64,000 nucleotides of DNA from Podarcis cretensis (taxonomy: Eukaryota). The translations under genes were made by a program, and so were the position numbers. The stretch covers positions 30,938,001 through 31,002,000 of the forward strand of contig OX638165.1 in NCBI GenBank assembly GCA_951804945.1. The letters run 5' to 3'. The notes beneath the pieces were generated by a model, which saw only the letters and a list, made by a program, of their open reading frames with translations, was not told where the DNA came from and did no database searches. Of the stretch, positions 48,558 through 62,050 are shown in pieces; position 1 is the first letter of the stretch; every line of letters begins with the position of its first letter.

Positions 48558-50753
48558 TACAGGTAAAAAAAAGAGACAACCCACAAAAAGGTAAAGATGT
48601 GAACATCACACATACTTCCTTAACCTACTTATCTCCCACCCCCTGAATTTGTGACTGTGACTCATAAGTACTATGGTACAGGAGGGCTATTTTTAAAATT
48701 TTTTATTTTAGTGACAGCATACTGTTGCTTGTAAACGTTCAAACACCATTCATTACTGCCAAGGTAACATTATCGAACAAATGGCAGGACCACCCAGACT
48801 ACCATGCCCCAACCTCTTTTCCTTCCTGCACGGGACAGTTTCTTTCTCTTATATTCACGTTCCGGGTCATATTTTCATTGAAACCACCACAGATCAGGGG
48901 TAGCCAATGTTGTGGCCCCCAGATGTTGTTGGACTCCAGTTCCCATCAGCCCCTGCCAACATGGCCAGAGAGGTCAAGGGCGATGGGAACTGGAGTCTTG
49001 CCCCACCCCTCCAGCCCTGAGAGCCTTCATAAAGGACCTGCTTCCATAAGATTTTGGAGGGGAATTTCTCAACTTTTGTGTTGGGGCATAAAAGATTTCC
49101 AGGTGGAACTGACAGGTACTAATGTCATCAGATCTGGGGATAGTTTTGGATATGAAGTTTTGGATATTTGTACTGAACCTACCAGTGCACTTTGATAAAC
49201 AGATGAGCTGCTCAGTGTTAACTTATTTTCATACGTTATTCTATTTCTATTTCCTTATTTAACAAACGTATCAATCACTTCCTAGCACAAAGCTATCAAA
49301 GCAGCGTACAAGATAAAAAACACAAGTTCTGACAACAATAAAATAATTCGGGAGGACTCTAAAACTGATAAAACAATCTCTGCTAATTGTGAAAACGCTA
49401 GTGCAATGTTAGCAGATATTCCATCAAAGACAAGGCTATACCTCAGGGAAAGCCTTTTTAGAACAGAAACGTCTTCAGCGGATGCCTAAACATCATGACA
49501 TAAGGTGCTGGTCTGATTCTGGCTGGTCACAAATTCCAAAGAGCTGGAGCTACAACACTAAAAGCCTGATTTCTAGTACAGGCTAAGAGAACCTCTGGGA
49601 TCTAGGGTACTCTCAGTAACTTCCCTTCTGCACAGTTTCCCATGAAGGGACACATGGAGCAAGGTGGCCCCTTACATACTGTGGCCCTGAGCTTTTCAGG
49701 GCTTTAAATGCCGAAAGCAAAACCTTGAACCTCCTGGTAGTATATTGGCAGCCAGGGCAGCTCCCTAAGCAGGGGTGCTATCTGGTGTCTGTCACTGAAT
49801 TCTGTGCAATAGTGATCCAGAGCAGACTCCAATGTATAGTAAGCAGAGTAAAAACTTAAAACACATTGCATGATTCCCAAAAAATAGACCAGAGGCAATT
49901 GTATTTAATCCAGCAGAGCTTTACTGCTACTGAAGGCAAATGAGCATAATGGTCACAAATCCAATACATTCAGGATTGGCACTGTACGTAAGAAATCCAG
50001 TTGCAGCAGAACTTAACTTAAACTTACAATAACTTATAACAAGTCTAAACCTTAACACTATAGCATACTGTGTACAGAACACCACACCAGACAGAAAAGA
50101 GATAGAAAGAGGAAAGTGAAAACCAGGCTCCTTCTGGCCTTTTTATTATAGTCAGTGTGACCTTGACAGAAGAGATAATGGAACCAGTTTAAGCCAGCTG
50201 TACTCAGCTTCTCTGAAGGAATAACCCAAACATCATGAAGTTTCTGCTTGTTTCTTTCACACAGAGAAGCTTCCAGAACCCTCTTGAATGAATTAGAATA
50301 GGAAAGATCTCTACACATCAGATCAATACTTTCTGCACTAAGAAATGGAAACTGACAGTGTTGACAGGGGAGAACCAGCCAATCAGCTAAATGCTGCATT
50401 CTGGTTTGGCTGCAGCTTCCGAGCCAAGGGCCAACGGAAGCCCCAGCGATGCTCCAGTGATATTTTTTATTATGGACAAGGACCTGGGAGACCAGGGTTC
50501 AAATTCCCTGAAGCTCACGGGGTGACTTGGGGCCAGTCACTGTCTCTCAGCCTAACCTCCCCTTGCAGGGTTGGTTTGACGTCAAAATGGAGAGGAAGAG
50601 AAGCTTGCACGTCACCTTGAGCTCTTTGTTGAAAAAATGGGGTATAAATGCAATAAATAAATAAACGCGACATCATTTAGACTGGTGCTCTGTTTTGTTT
50701 TCCATGGGAATCGCTTTGAGCGAGGGATGCGTTTTCAGAAAACGTGGCATATA

Positions 50754-51012
50754 CCGTATTTTTCGCTCTATAAGACGCACCAGACAACAAGACGCACCTA
50801 GTTTTTGGAGGAGGAAAACAAGAAAAAAAATATTCTGAATCTCAGAAGCCAGAACAGCAAGAGGGATCACTGTGAAGTGAAAGCAGCAATCCCTCTTGCT
50901 GTTCTGGCTTCTGGGATAGCTGCGCAGCCTGCATTCGCTCCATAGGACGCACACACATTTCCCCTTACTTTTTAGGAGGGAAAAAGTGAGTCTTATAGAG
51001 CAAAAAATACGG
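50754..51012. mobile_element. Tc2/pogo-like MITE (CCGTATTT termini)
   Basis: TA-flanked TIRs and a long internal hairpin at about 50840-50918. Confidence 0.9.
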
Positions 51013-52147
51013 TAAATAAAAATCACAAGGACTCTTGCTCAAGTCTCCCTTTCCCCAAAATCTGAAGCCAGCACCTGCTGATTCACTGGCCCGTTTTATT
51101 CAAGCCAACGGTAGTGCTACCTCGCCATCTGAAATATTATGCCAGGCTTATCAAAATGCAGAGGTCCATTCAGTGTGCCAAATAAAAGCACTTTAATATG
51201 GAAGTGGAAAAATCAATGGATGCACAAAGAGGAGATACTGCTTGTGGCCAGCAACCATCAGAATGGAAACCATTTCTCAAGATTTTCACTTGAACCCAGC
51301 TGGGTGGGATGCCGGGGCCCATATATCTGTTCATTCCCACTGCATCTGAATAGCACCATTTTCCTAAGAGTACTGACACCCCACCCCACCCTGCCCCTGT
51401 GCGCAGGGGCTGAATGAAGACCTAGGGGTCGAAATGGGGTCAGAAAGGGCCTGGAGCTGGAAAACCGGTTTACAAGGTACAGCGTGAAAAAAACGAATTA
51501 GGAACTACAAGCCGCAGAAATAAAGAGCATGGGCATATACAGAGTGCCCCTTCCTTGCTGATGGGAAACCTCTGCATTTAATCAGTGTGGGATACAGCAG
51601 TAGTCTCAGAAAATGCTGCTTCACTGCTTTAAAAAAAAGGGTGTACAGCTGCTATTTGCTTTTTTGTGCTAGTTTTAATGCATATATGTGTCTGGTTTTT
51701 GGTTTAAAATATTGCAAGTCACTTTGAGTTGCCATGGCAAAAAAAGCAATGAACAAAATTAATCATCACTATCATTATTAATTTTATTTATTTATTTTTG
51801 TTGTTTGTTTCAAAGAACATTTGTTATGTTCTTCAGAATTTGGGCTGGGCTCAAAGATGACTTTGTAAGCTCCTCAGGGGGTCAATGAATGCAAAAGTAT
51901 GGCAAGACCTGATCTAAGGAGCATATGTGGGTTGATGCCCTTTTATGCTCACAACCCTCTTGCAAGGCAGGCTAGACTGAAAGGCAAGGAACGAGCCCAA
52001 GGCTCTCCAGTGGAGCTATTGTGGCATAGCTGGAGATCAAACGCAGGTCTCCCCAGTCCTAACCACTCTAACTACACCAGCTATTCCTCTGCTGCCCAAG
52101 TACATAGGAAAACATGGTGTATGTTGCAATAAACTTGTTTCTTTTAC

Positions 52148-52204
52148 CTTCCAAACACTGTGTGTTTCCTGTCCAGGTATGCACAGGATCGGAATGTGAT
52201 GAAG
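52148..52204 (-). CDS. PPIL2: PPIL2 exon: FITFRSCAYLDRKHTVFG(R)
   Basis: Acceptor ttccctctctccag, donor AG|gtaaaa; 57 nt; cyclophilin LD.KH.VFG motif. Confidence 0.95.
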
Positions 52205-52679
52205 CTGGAGAGAGGGAAAAACAGACAGAACAGACCTTACAAACCTGCAATAGAACACATTAATATTTCATATATATATACTCTCATGTCTGGTTACGCT
52301 GCCGTTTCTACGGGGATATATGCTCAGTATTTATGACTCCTGTTATACAAAAATCTCCAAATGGGTCCGAACTACAATGTCTAAAACTCCTGGTAGAGGA
52401 CAAGGATCTAGAGATCACACTAAGGGTGGCCAAATTCTGTGTGACTGCCATAAAACTTAGGGAACAAGCTGTACTACCAAAATGATTAAGGTTTTAAATG
52501 ACAATTTTAGGTTATATTTAAGTGAGCAAGATTTAATATATATATTTTAACTGCCGCTATATCTGTATTGTCTCTGTTATACCCAATTTCAATTCAATGT
52601 ATTCCTGTTTTGTTTTATGATTTTCCTGATATTGTAAGTGAGCCGGAACTGGCCTATGACCGTAATAATAAAATTCACT

Positions 52680-52713
<34 letters not shown>

Positions 52714-53112
52714 ACCTGGAGAATTTCAAAGACAGAAGCCAGAAGGCAAAAAATTAGGGGAGGGCTTCCCCATCCTGGTGGTGTTAGACTACAACTCCCA
52801 TCAGCCCTAGGCAGTGTGGTTAATGGGTCGTGGATAATGGGAGTTGTAGTCCCAACCCATGGTAAAACGACAGATTCCTCACAAGGATTCTACGTTTCCA
52901 TTAACAGCCTTTCGGGTTGCTTGCAGAAAAATTAGAATAGCGCAAAGGGCAAACAAGAGGATTAAAGGCAGTAACAGGATCGCGTAAGCCTTAAAAACAG
53001 CTAAGAGAGGCTGTGAAGGGTGAAACTGTTAGACCCAGCCCCAAGCTTTTCACAGAATTCCGCATGCTCCTTAAATGGGTTTGAGATAGAGAAGAGCCAA
53101 GCGACTACTCAC

Positions 53113-53230
53113 AACTGGGACTTGTTATTGTTGGGTCCGGTATTAGCCATGCTGAGGACGCCACGTCCTGTGTGGGACAGGTTGGGCTTGAACTCATCTT
53201 TGAATGGCTTCCCCCAATATGACTCTCCCC
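53113..53230 (-). CDS. PPIL2: PPIL2 exon (cyclophilin domain): [38 protein letters not shown](F)
   Basis: Acceptor tttatttcag, donor TT|gtgagt; 118 nt; cyclophilin signature (LSMAN.GPN.N.SQF); seen in ORF 53109..53369. Confidence 0.95.
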
Positions 53231-53649
53231 CTGAAATAAACATTATTATTATTATTATTATTACTGTAAGTCCACACCTGGTCACGCCAGTCCCAAACAC
53301 ACAGACACAAGATAGGTCAAAATGCCACAAGGAAAGGCAGCACCATACAGAGACAAGCCGCTGGTCCATTTAGCTCAGCACTGACTCTCCCCCAGAAAAA
53401 CCTGCCTGGCAACTTTGCTGACACCAGGTTAGAGACTTATGTTTTTTTCTGCCTGGGCTTTTGCTATTGCTTTGTTACAAGCAACCTCTGCAGCTGTTAT
53501 GAGGGACTGTTTTGTAAGACGGGCAACTGTCCCCAGCACACCCAGCCCAGCCAGGAAAAGCTTTTCGGAAGTGCATTTCTTTATTGGCAAAGCACCAGCT
53601 GCCTAGGTGATCTACTTCTGCAGTCCCACGCTCCAATCCAGACAGTTGA

Positions 53650-54068
53650 TTCCCCGCCCCCCATTTTTTTATTCATTTTATAATACAACTAAACAACACA
53701 AACAGAAAAACAAACAATACAAATTCTTGTCTTATCCTTATTTTTTCTAAACATTGTTAGGTGGGCTTCCCCAAGTCCTCCCATCTGATTTTCATTTTAC
53801 CTCATCTTTAGCAGTTTACATATATCATAATTTTAAACCATTTTTTAAAATCACGCTTACTTTTACCATTAAAAATCTTCACATTTTATCACTTACAAAT
53901 AATACTATTTTAAAATACACTATCTTCTACTTCTAAAAGTATATCCACTTCCAAAGCTATTCTAAGATTTAAATATTAACATATTTTTTCAAATATTCTT
54001 TAAACTTCTTCCAATCTTCTTCCACCGTCTCTTCTCTCTGGTCTCGGACCAGTCTTCTCTCTGGTCTT
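53650..54068 (-). mobile_element. Short 5'-truncated L1
   Basis: Reverse strand encodes RDQREETVEEDWKKFKEY; T-rich tail at the left; TSD TCCAGACAGTTGA at 53637 and 54072. Confidence 0.85.
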
Positions 54069-56048
54069 CAGTCCAGACAGTTGAAGCAACAGCGTAACTA
54101 GGCCCCTTTCAGCTTACCAAAACCCCCTTGTCTGAGGCGGTCTGCGCAAACTCTCAGTGATTCCAGCTAGTCCCATCGCTTCAAGCCCTGCCTTGTGTGT
54201 AGAGACTGCGGAGGGGAGGACAGGAGACATTCCAAAGGCATGGCTCTCCCGGAGACCACGGCAGCCTCTTCCGCCTCTGAGATTCCCTGCAACTCTTCTC
54301 CCACCTCCTTTCTGTCCTGCCTGTCTCAGGCTGCCTGGTCTCTTCCCCTTGGGTCCCCACTTCCACCACTCCCACAGCACTTGCCTCATGGGTGGCACAG
54401 AACCGCACAAATTGTGGGCCCCTTCCCCATGATTGTCCTCATGCTCGCCTGCCCGCACATCCTCTCCCCTGCCTGCACGTTCCCCGACTACTTTGGACTC
54501 CTGTCCATCCCAGACATCGGTGCCATTCTGATAACATAAGGATCGGCCAGAGCCAGCCCAGTCATTAGGCAAGGTGAGGCTGCTGCTTCAGGCAAAAGAA
54601 GTCTCATAGGTGGCAAACCCACAGGTGTCCGTCCGTCCCCCACCTCTTCCAGTGGCAAGAGAAATGCCGGCAATTTTGGGCAAGATTCAGTCTGTTTTGG
54701 ATGCGGCAAAGCAGGACACACCACCCGTGGGATAGGTTTCTTGGAGGGTAAGCTCATTTTTAATGCATACAAGAGGGAGTGGTGATCTAGTAGTGCTGCA
54801 GTACTGAGTGCTTTGGGCTCAACATCCCATCCAGCCATGCCTTCTTCCAGGACACTCCATTCCTCCTCCCACCAGTTCAAATTAAGTGTTGGCATTCCAC
54901 GGCCAGTGAGGATGTTCAGCAGTCAATGAGCAGTTTGTGTCCCCTGCCCCCTCCCCGATTATAAATGAGAACTTCTGCAAACCTTCCCCATGCTTGCAAA
55001 TGCAGTTTGTGTCCCTGCCCCCCCCCCCCCCCCCCGATTATAAATGAGAACTTCTGCAAACCTTCCCCATGCCTGCAAATGCCTCTCTCTTGTTTGTGGA
55101 TGGTGGCTGTTTGGGCTACATAAAGTAGAATGGGCTAGAGTGCCACCCTCCGCATTACATTGCTGGACCAAATCTCAGCAGCTCTGCAAAACCAGTAGTC
55201 TGGGATCATAGGAGCTGCAGTCCCACAACATCCAGAGAGCTACAGGGTAGCTAGTCCTAAAACAACAGACAGGCCCCTGGGAAAATGAGCTTGCTATCTG
55301 CCTTGTTGGATTCCACTGGGATCACTGAAACTTCTGCTCAAAAGGTGGCCATTATCCATCTCACAGAACCCTCATGTGGCATATGTAGCTGCCCCCAAAA
55401 TCTCCAACCTCCCTCAGATTCCTGTGGGACTTGCAATGCTGCAGCATTTGAGCCCTCTAAGGAGCTGGTCCCCACCTTGAGCAGAGACAAAAGGGAACCT
55501 CAGGTTGAGTGCATGCAGCTCATCTGCTTTGGGCTCCTCACTTTCATGTTATTTATGACAGATGTGACATTTTCATTTTCCTCCAGGACTATTCCTAATC
55601 AGGAGAGAACATTCTGAGATGAGTCACTCCCAGAGTTATACAGTCAATTTCTCTCCCCCCTCCCCACACTTTGCATCATTACCAGAAACAAAACACCAGA
55701 AAACGCATCTGCAACAAGCAGAGAAGAAGGTGGCTTGGCTTGCAGAACAACCTTAATGATCCTCTGGAGGAATCACATCACTGGCGGAACAGCCACTTCC
55801 AAAAACCTCTGCTGTACTCGGGAGGCTTTCGGAACACGTAGGCTGCAAAGTGAGCAGGGGAGAAGAATCCAAGGGAAGGGATAAGGAGAGGCAGACCCGA
55901 AGCTACAGGCAATGGAGTATGCTCCATTAGGGAAACGGGGCTCAGCCCCTTTCACCTTTGTCTTGATCCCTTCCAATCCTTCTTTCACTTAGGGGACGGC
56001 AGAGGCTGCCTGCTTCCTCTTTAGCCTCCGTATTGCTTTTGCACAGTA

Positions 56049-56274
56049 CAGTGGTACCTCAGGTTAAGTACTTAATTCATTCTGGAGGTCTGTTCTTAAC
56101 CTGAAAGTGTTCTTAACCTGAAGCACCACTTTAGCTAATGGGGCCTCCTGCTCCCGCCACGCCACCAGAGCACGATTTCTTTTCTCATCCTGAAGCAAAG
56201 TTCTTAACCCGAGGTAATATTTCTGGGTTAGCGGAGTCTGTAACCTGAAGCGTATGTATCCCGAGGTACCACTG
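56049..56274. mobile_element. Tigger/pogo-like MITE (8515 family)
   Basis: TA-flanked CAGTGGTACCTC TIRs and the same internal sequence. Confidence 0.92.
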
Positions 56275-57127
56275 TACTTTCTTTCCAGGGAAAATAGTGC
56301 TGGTACTCACCAGCAAGCAGGGGGCGTGGCCAGTGCATGGAGAGGGGCGTGGCCTGATGGCAAGGCTGGGCGGTGAGGGCGGGCCAGCTGCCTGATGCTC
56401 CCTCGCCCACCTACCAGGGCACTGCTGCCCAGGTGAGGAGCCCCCCCCCCTTGCTCAGCTTTGGGAAGGAGGCAGCAGGGCTCCAGAATCCTGTCAGAGC
56501 AGCCCTAAGCTGGGCAAATGCTTCCTGGGCTCGGGGAAGGAGGCACGATGCTCTGACGGGGTCCGAGAACCCTCCCTCCTCCTCCCCTTCGAAAAGGTGG
56601 TGGTACTGCGTACTGTTGCATGCCGCCGGAAAACAGTGCAGCTTTTGCAGGACTTAACAGGGGAGGAGGAGGAGAATGGAGACAAAACTAGAGTTAGCAG
56701 GCCTTGCCTATCGTCGGCTCTGACTCTCATCTACTGTTGGGTTCCCTATCTCCCCCCCCCAGCAGTGCCAAAAGATACCAGCCACCGCTCGCTCTGCTCC
56801 CCACACACCCAAGGTTATCAACTTCATACAGACTTACAAATCACGCATACAAATCCAATACAGATTTAGGTTAAGATAAAGATCTCCACTTAAAAGGGTT
56901 GCTGAGAAAAGAAAGTCTTCAGTTAAGTGCCAAAAGACAATAGAGACGGTGCTCCACAGGGCAGGTGTCACACTTGGACTCCTAGATTGTATGGAACAGA
57001 CCTACTGGTAAGACGGCATTTATCCATTTAACAAAATTTATACTCCGCTTGATTGCAGAAAACCTCAAAGCGGTTTACGAAGCTGGTAAAGAGCAAGAAG
57101 AAAATCACAACTCTACTTTAAAACATA

Positions 57128-57584
57128 TAGAATAGTTAAAGCTACGGTTTTCCAAGTAGTGATGTATGGAAGTGAGAGCTGGACCATAAAGAAGGCTGAT
57201 CGCCGAAGAATTGATGCTTTTGAATTATGGTGCTGGAGGAGACTCTTGAGAGTCCCATGGACTGCGAGAAGATCAAACCGATCCATTCTTAAGGAAATCA
57301 GCCCTGAGTGCTCACTGGAAGGACAGATCCTGAAGCTGAGGCTCCAATACCTTGGCCACCTCATGAGAAGAGAAGACTCCCTGGAAAAGACCTTGATGTT
57401 GGGAAAGATGGAGGGCACAAGGAGAAGGGGACGACAGAGGACATGATGGTTGGACAGTGTTCTCAAAGCTACCAGCATGAGTTTGACAAAATTGCAGTAG
57501 GCAGTGGAAGACAGGAGTGCCTGGCGTGATCTGGTCCATGGGGTCATGAAGAGTCGGACACGACTAAATGACTAAACAACAACA
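57128..57584 (+). mobile_element. Bov-B (RTE) LINE 3' fragment
   Basis: ORF YGSESWTIKKADRRRIDAFELWCWRRLLRVPWTARRSNRSILKEI...; (CAA)n tail; 13-bp TSD ACTTTAAAACATA at 57115 and 57585. Confidence 0.95.
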
Positions 57585-57874
57585 ACTTTAAAACATACGG
57601 AAGTCAAAATGCTAAAACAGATTCAAATTTTTCCCCGTTTTCTAAGCATAGGTTTGTTTAAACAAGGAGGTTTTTAGCAGGCGCTGGAAAGAGTAAAGTA
57701 AAGGCGCCTGCATGATCTCCACAGGCAGCGTTGCCACACTAAACGATCCAAGTTCTTACAAATGCAGGACGGGTGTTTAGCCATGGCACTTGGGAGTAGT
57801 GCCAGCTCTGCCGATCAAAGCTGTCAAATGGGCGCATTTGGGGTAGGGACGATCTTGTAGAAGGCATGGGTATA

Positions 57875-58531
57875 CAATGGAGCCTCTACCTACAACCATA
57901 ATCCGTTCCGGAGGGCTGGTCATGACTAGAAACGTACATAAGTATAGGCGCACTTTTCCATAGAAAGTAATGGAAAAGTGAATTGATCCGTTCTAGACAA
58001 TGAAAAACACCCCGTAAAACAGCAATTTAACATGGATTTTACTGTCTAATGAGCCCATAGATTCATAAAATGAAGGCAATAATCAATGTACTGTACTAGA
58101 AAATAAATAAGACAGTATTGTAGATGAAAAAAATAAAATCCCCCCCCCTTATGTGCACTGAGGGTGGGTGGGCTTTCCTGGCTACAAGCTGGAGGTGGGG
58201 CAAGGGTCAGGAAAGAACTGATTGACTTTGGCCAGGGTCACTTTTTTTCTTGCCAGGCCAGGTTCTTCTCTGGACTTCCTCAGGTTAGTTCCTCGGCGGG
58301 GTTTGGGGCTGCAGTGTGGCCTCCTGTTCCTCTTGCAGGTGGCACCTCTTCCACAGCTTAGGGGTGGGATGGGGGCCCTTTCCCTGGCAGCAGAGGCCTC
58401 AGCACTGCTCTGCAGCTGCTGGCAAGGCCTCTGTTCATATCTAGAGGAAAGCTCATAAGTCGAAGCACCTACCAAAGGTTGTAACTGGAATCGTATGTAA
58501 GTAGAGCCATACATAAGTCGAGGTTCCACTG
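57875..58531. mobile_element. Older Tigger-like non-autonomous DNA transposon
   Basis: TA|CAATGGAGCCTC...GAGGTTCCACTG|TA; internal segment ctgtactagaaataaataagacagtattg resembles Tigger internals. Confidence 0.7.
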
Positions 58532-58538
58532 TAAAAGG

Positions 58539-58638
58539 CAGCATTTCTCAACCTGTGGGTCCCCAGATGTTGTTGAACTACAACTATCATCACCCCAAGT
58601 AGTTCAACATCTGGGGACCCACAGATTGAGAACCACTG
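58539..58638. mobile_element. Short palindromic hAT-type MITE
   Basis: Near-perfect ~40-bp inverted arms; TSD gtaaaagg/gtataagg. Confidence 0.8.
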
Positions 58639-59561
58639 GTATAAGGGGTGAGGTATCTTTTCCGGTATCCCGCTCACAAGGATAGGTGGCGTTATGCAAC
58701 AGGACCAACCCCTTCAACTTTTCCAGTTAGCGAGCTGACGGCCAGGGCAATTCTTCCGGCAGCAGTCTAGCACTGTAGCCATAGTCTGCCCCACCAAGCC
58801 AACCTCAAGGGCAGCCCCACATAAAGCACACTGCAGCAATCTAACTGGCAGAAGACCTCCAGTGCCTGGAGGGCAGTAGCCTGGCTATTCTGGGCTAGAA
58901 ATGGCCCTCTCTTACAGAGCACAGTGACTGGCTGGTCACATAAGAGATGAGATACCAATTTTTTAGGTATCCTAAAATAGTGACTTTTAAATAGAAGGAG
59001 CGGGCGAGGAACACAAAAATAAATTATGTGTTTGTGTGTGCGCAGGGTGGATGGATTGGGGTGGGGGGGGGGAAGAGACAGACGTTTGCAATGCTTCCTC
59101 CCCAGAGATATTGAAGCGGCCTTGCATTCTCCTGACTGCTTCTCAAAACCATAGCAACTCAGCTCTGTTGCCACGGAAAAGATGTGCTTTCCCTTGCGAG
59201 CTTGATGCTTGCCACATACAGGTGCCGTTTTAAACGAGGGGGTCTGTTAAAATAACAAAACCTGCAATATTCCAAACAAAAGGTGTAGGTGGGAAACGCA
59301 TCATGCATGGCAATTTCAAAATGAATTGCCACTTTACTTAGTTGGGTGGAAGGGGAGGCGGATGTGAAGGATGGGGATTGGGCGAATGAAGTGGGAGGGC
59401 TTCTTGTTCAACCAACTGACAGCTTGCTTTCGTTCTCCCTTGTGACACTGGGGTTAACCTACACTGTAGGTGTTTGTAACAACCCCCCAGACAGCAAAAG
59501 ATGAGGTGCTTAACCTGTTATCTGTTTTTCTCCTCCAAATTGGCCTCCCAAGTGTTCCAGC

Positions 59562-59764
59562 CACTGGCGGAGGAAGAGGAGTGGGGGGGGGAGCGCACCG
59601 CCCCCGGCAGCGCGAACCCGGTGGGGTGCCATCGCGGCTGCCACCCTGCGCTGGGTGCCACACCCCCACAGGTGGTGTGCTATGCCCCCAGGACCCATGC
59701 CAGCCCCACTCCCGCCTGCTCTCTGCCCCCCCCCCCAGTGCTGGAGCATGAAGCTCTGCCACTG
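59562..59764. mobile_element. GC-rich hAT-type MITE
   Basis: TIR CACTGGCGGAG / CTCTGCCACTG; 8-bp TSD gttccagc/gttacagc. Confidence 0.8.
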
Positions 59765-60587
59765 GTTACAGCTGCATGCTTTTTCTTTGCAGAAAGGAAG
59801 AGGTCCCCCAAATGGGAATCCCAAGGGGGCTTAGACATCCCCCAGATGTTAATGAAAGGTTTCAAACTTATGAATGCTGCCACTAAACTAGCCTTGAGTT
59901 AATTTATTCTATCTCCACTTCAGTGCACCTCACCTGTAAAATGGGACTACTCACTGAATGTTTTTGACGATCTCTTGGTGCATTTTTAGTGTTTGGTGCA
60001 AGAACTGCAAGCTCAGGTGCGGATTTGTTCCTGTATACACAGGTCACCTAGGAATATGGTGATTGGGGTGCAGCGTGTACTTCTGATCCACTGTACTGCC
60101 ATTTTGAGACTGTTCTTAGCTGGTGAAAGATGGGGTACTAGTAAAAACTAAAAATCCAAGGTACAATAGTTGTTGTGTTGGTCTACAGGGGATTGGGGGG
60201 GATCAAAAATCCACTTTAGGCCACCACAGCCACCTTTATTTGGACAACAACAGCAACAATAATCACAAACAGCAAGGGTTTCATGTTCTCCCTTGGAAAG
60301 TGGCCTGCAGAATAAGGAAGGAGACAAAACCAGCTGCTGGCTTCCTCAGCCCATGGTAGAATACCCAACCCATTGCTTTTGTGTACCCAGTTAATTAAGA
60401 ATTAAAAATATGAGAGGTGGTGATGGCTAATGGGGATAATGAAGTGAGTTGGGAGTTGATTTGAAGGGTGATGTGTGTCAATAGCAACTGCCTTGGAGAA
60501 GAGCCATAACTCAGAGGTAGAGCATCTCTAAGTAGGAATGTCCACTTCCCAATAACCTGGCGAACCACAGTCAGCCAGTGCCTAGAA

Positions 60588-60651
60588 CAGAGGTAAGCAA
60601 ACTATTTCAGCAGGGTGGTGGTCCACTGTCCCTCAGACCTTGTGAGGGGCC

Positions 60652-60696
<45 letters not shown>

Positions 60697-60866
60697 GGGG
60701 GAGAGAACGAATTCCTATGCCCCACAAATAACCCAGAGATGCATTTTAAATAAAAGGACACATTCTACTCATGCAAAAACACGCTGATTCTCGGACCGAC
60801 CGTGGGCCGAATTCAGAAGGCGACTGGGCCAGATCCGGCCCCCGGGCCTTAGTTTGCCTACCCATG
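60588..60866 (-). mobile_element. hAT-type MITE (40773 family) with an internal (TA)n expansion
   Basis: Reverse complement of 40773-41027; TSD gcctagaa/gcctacaa. Confidence 0.9.
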
Positions 60867-62050
60867 GCCTACAATATGGAACTAGATGAATTGATGGTTT
60901 GACTCAGTACAAGGTAGTTTCCTGCGTTGATTTGGGTAGCAAATAATTTATTTGGAAGGTATTTGGATGGGGAGTCTATGGGCTTGTGTTTTGTGGAATT
61001 TAAATTCTAGACACATTTTCTGAATTTTAATCTATACTTACAAATTAGCAAATGCATCATCATCACTATTATTAAAAAAACACAAATTCATACAAGCTTG
61101 TGTCCACTTTCTCAATGGCGCACATCCTTTGCTTCAGTGCGATGCCTAAGCCGACACCTGAGATCACCTGGTCGCCACACAGTGGCACTTCCCAGCCTTG
61201 CTTGTGGATTGGCATGGCAGTTAAACCCATTTAATACAATGCAGAGGGAGCCTCGGGGCAAATTCTCCCTAGTTTCTGGAAATGGAAGTCTCTGAGCTTT
61301 TATCTCTTTCCCTCTCTCTCTCTGTGAAACAGGGAGCACAGCGCACATTACAGCAAATCCTTAAGACCGATTACCACAAGGAATTTCAAATGCCACATGA
61401 CTTGTTAAGATAAAGGAATATTTCTAGTCTGGCTGCAATGTAAATCAGGCTTGCCTCAGGACTGAAATACTGAATTAGATTAAGAGGAAGGTAACATTCT
61501 GATTGCTTCTTCTAAGCACGCATCTGAAGCTTCCCTCTTAAACAGCTGCATAGAGTAAATGGAATCTTAAATAGCTACATACCGTTAAGAGAACCAAAAA
61601 CAGTATATTGAGCCAGAATGCCACTTATTCCGCAATTGGCAATGTAACCACTCCAGTTCTTTAATACTCTTGGTTGTTAATTTTAAATATTCCATGTACT
61701 GCACTCCAAAGGCTTAGAATCCGTAACATCTGCTTTAACACACCCTCCCCAATCGTATTGTTGGCCTCCATCTGTCCCGAGAGACAATGTCGTGTGTCTG
61801 GGGTGGGGTGTGAAGTCAAACTGCTAAGTGATTTCCCTGGGACACAAGCCTGGGCAGTGTGTCTGGAGGTCTTGGGCTGCCCAGGCAACAAGAGCCCACT
61901 CTCAGTCTCGCTGATGTGGCCCAAAGGAAAGCAGAGCAATACATCTGGCACCAGCTTGGCTGCAGGAGTTGCCGGAAGGATGCAGACATGATGCCATCCA
62001 ACAAATTTGGGGACTCCAGTCTGGATTTGTGTAGAGATTTACTCCTTATA

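Noticed and set aside
49379-49420. Hairpin containing TAGTGCAATG, resembling the miR-130/301/454 seed
   Set aside because: The stem is only ~40 nt, the sequence beyond the seed does not match the mature miRNAs, and it lies in an old L2-like remnant.
54114-54895. Cluster of 90-150-aa ORFs in a PPIL2 intron as a nested gene
   Set aside because: No recognisable domain or splice-consistent structure; composition suggests LTR-like and MITE remnants.
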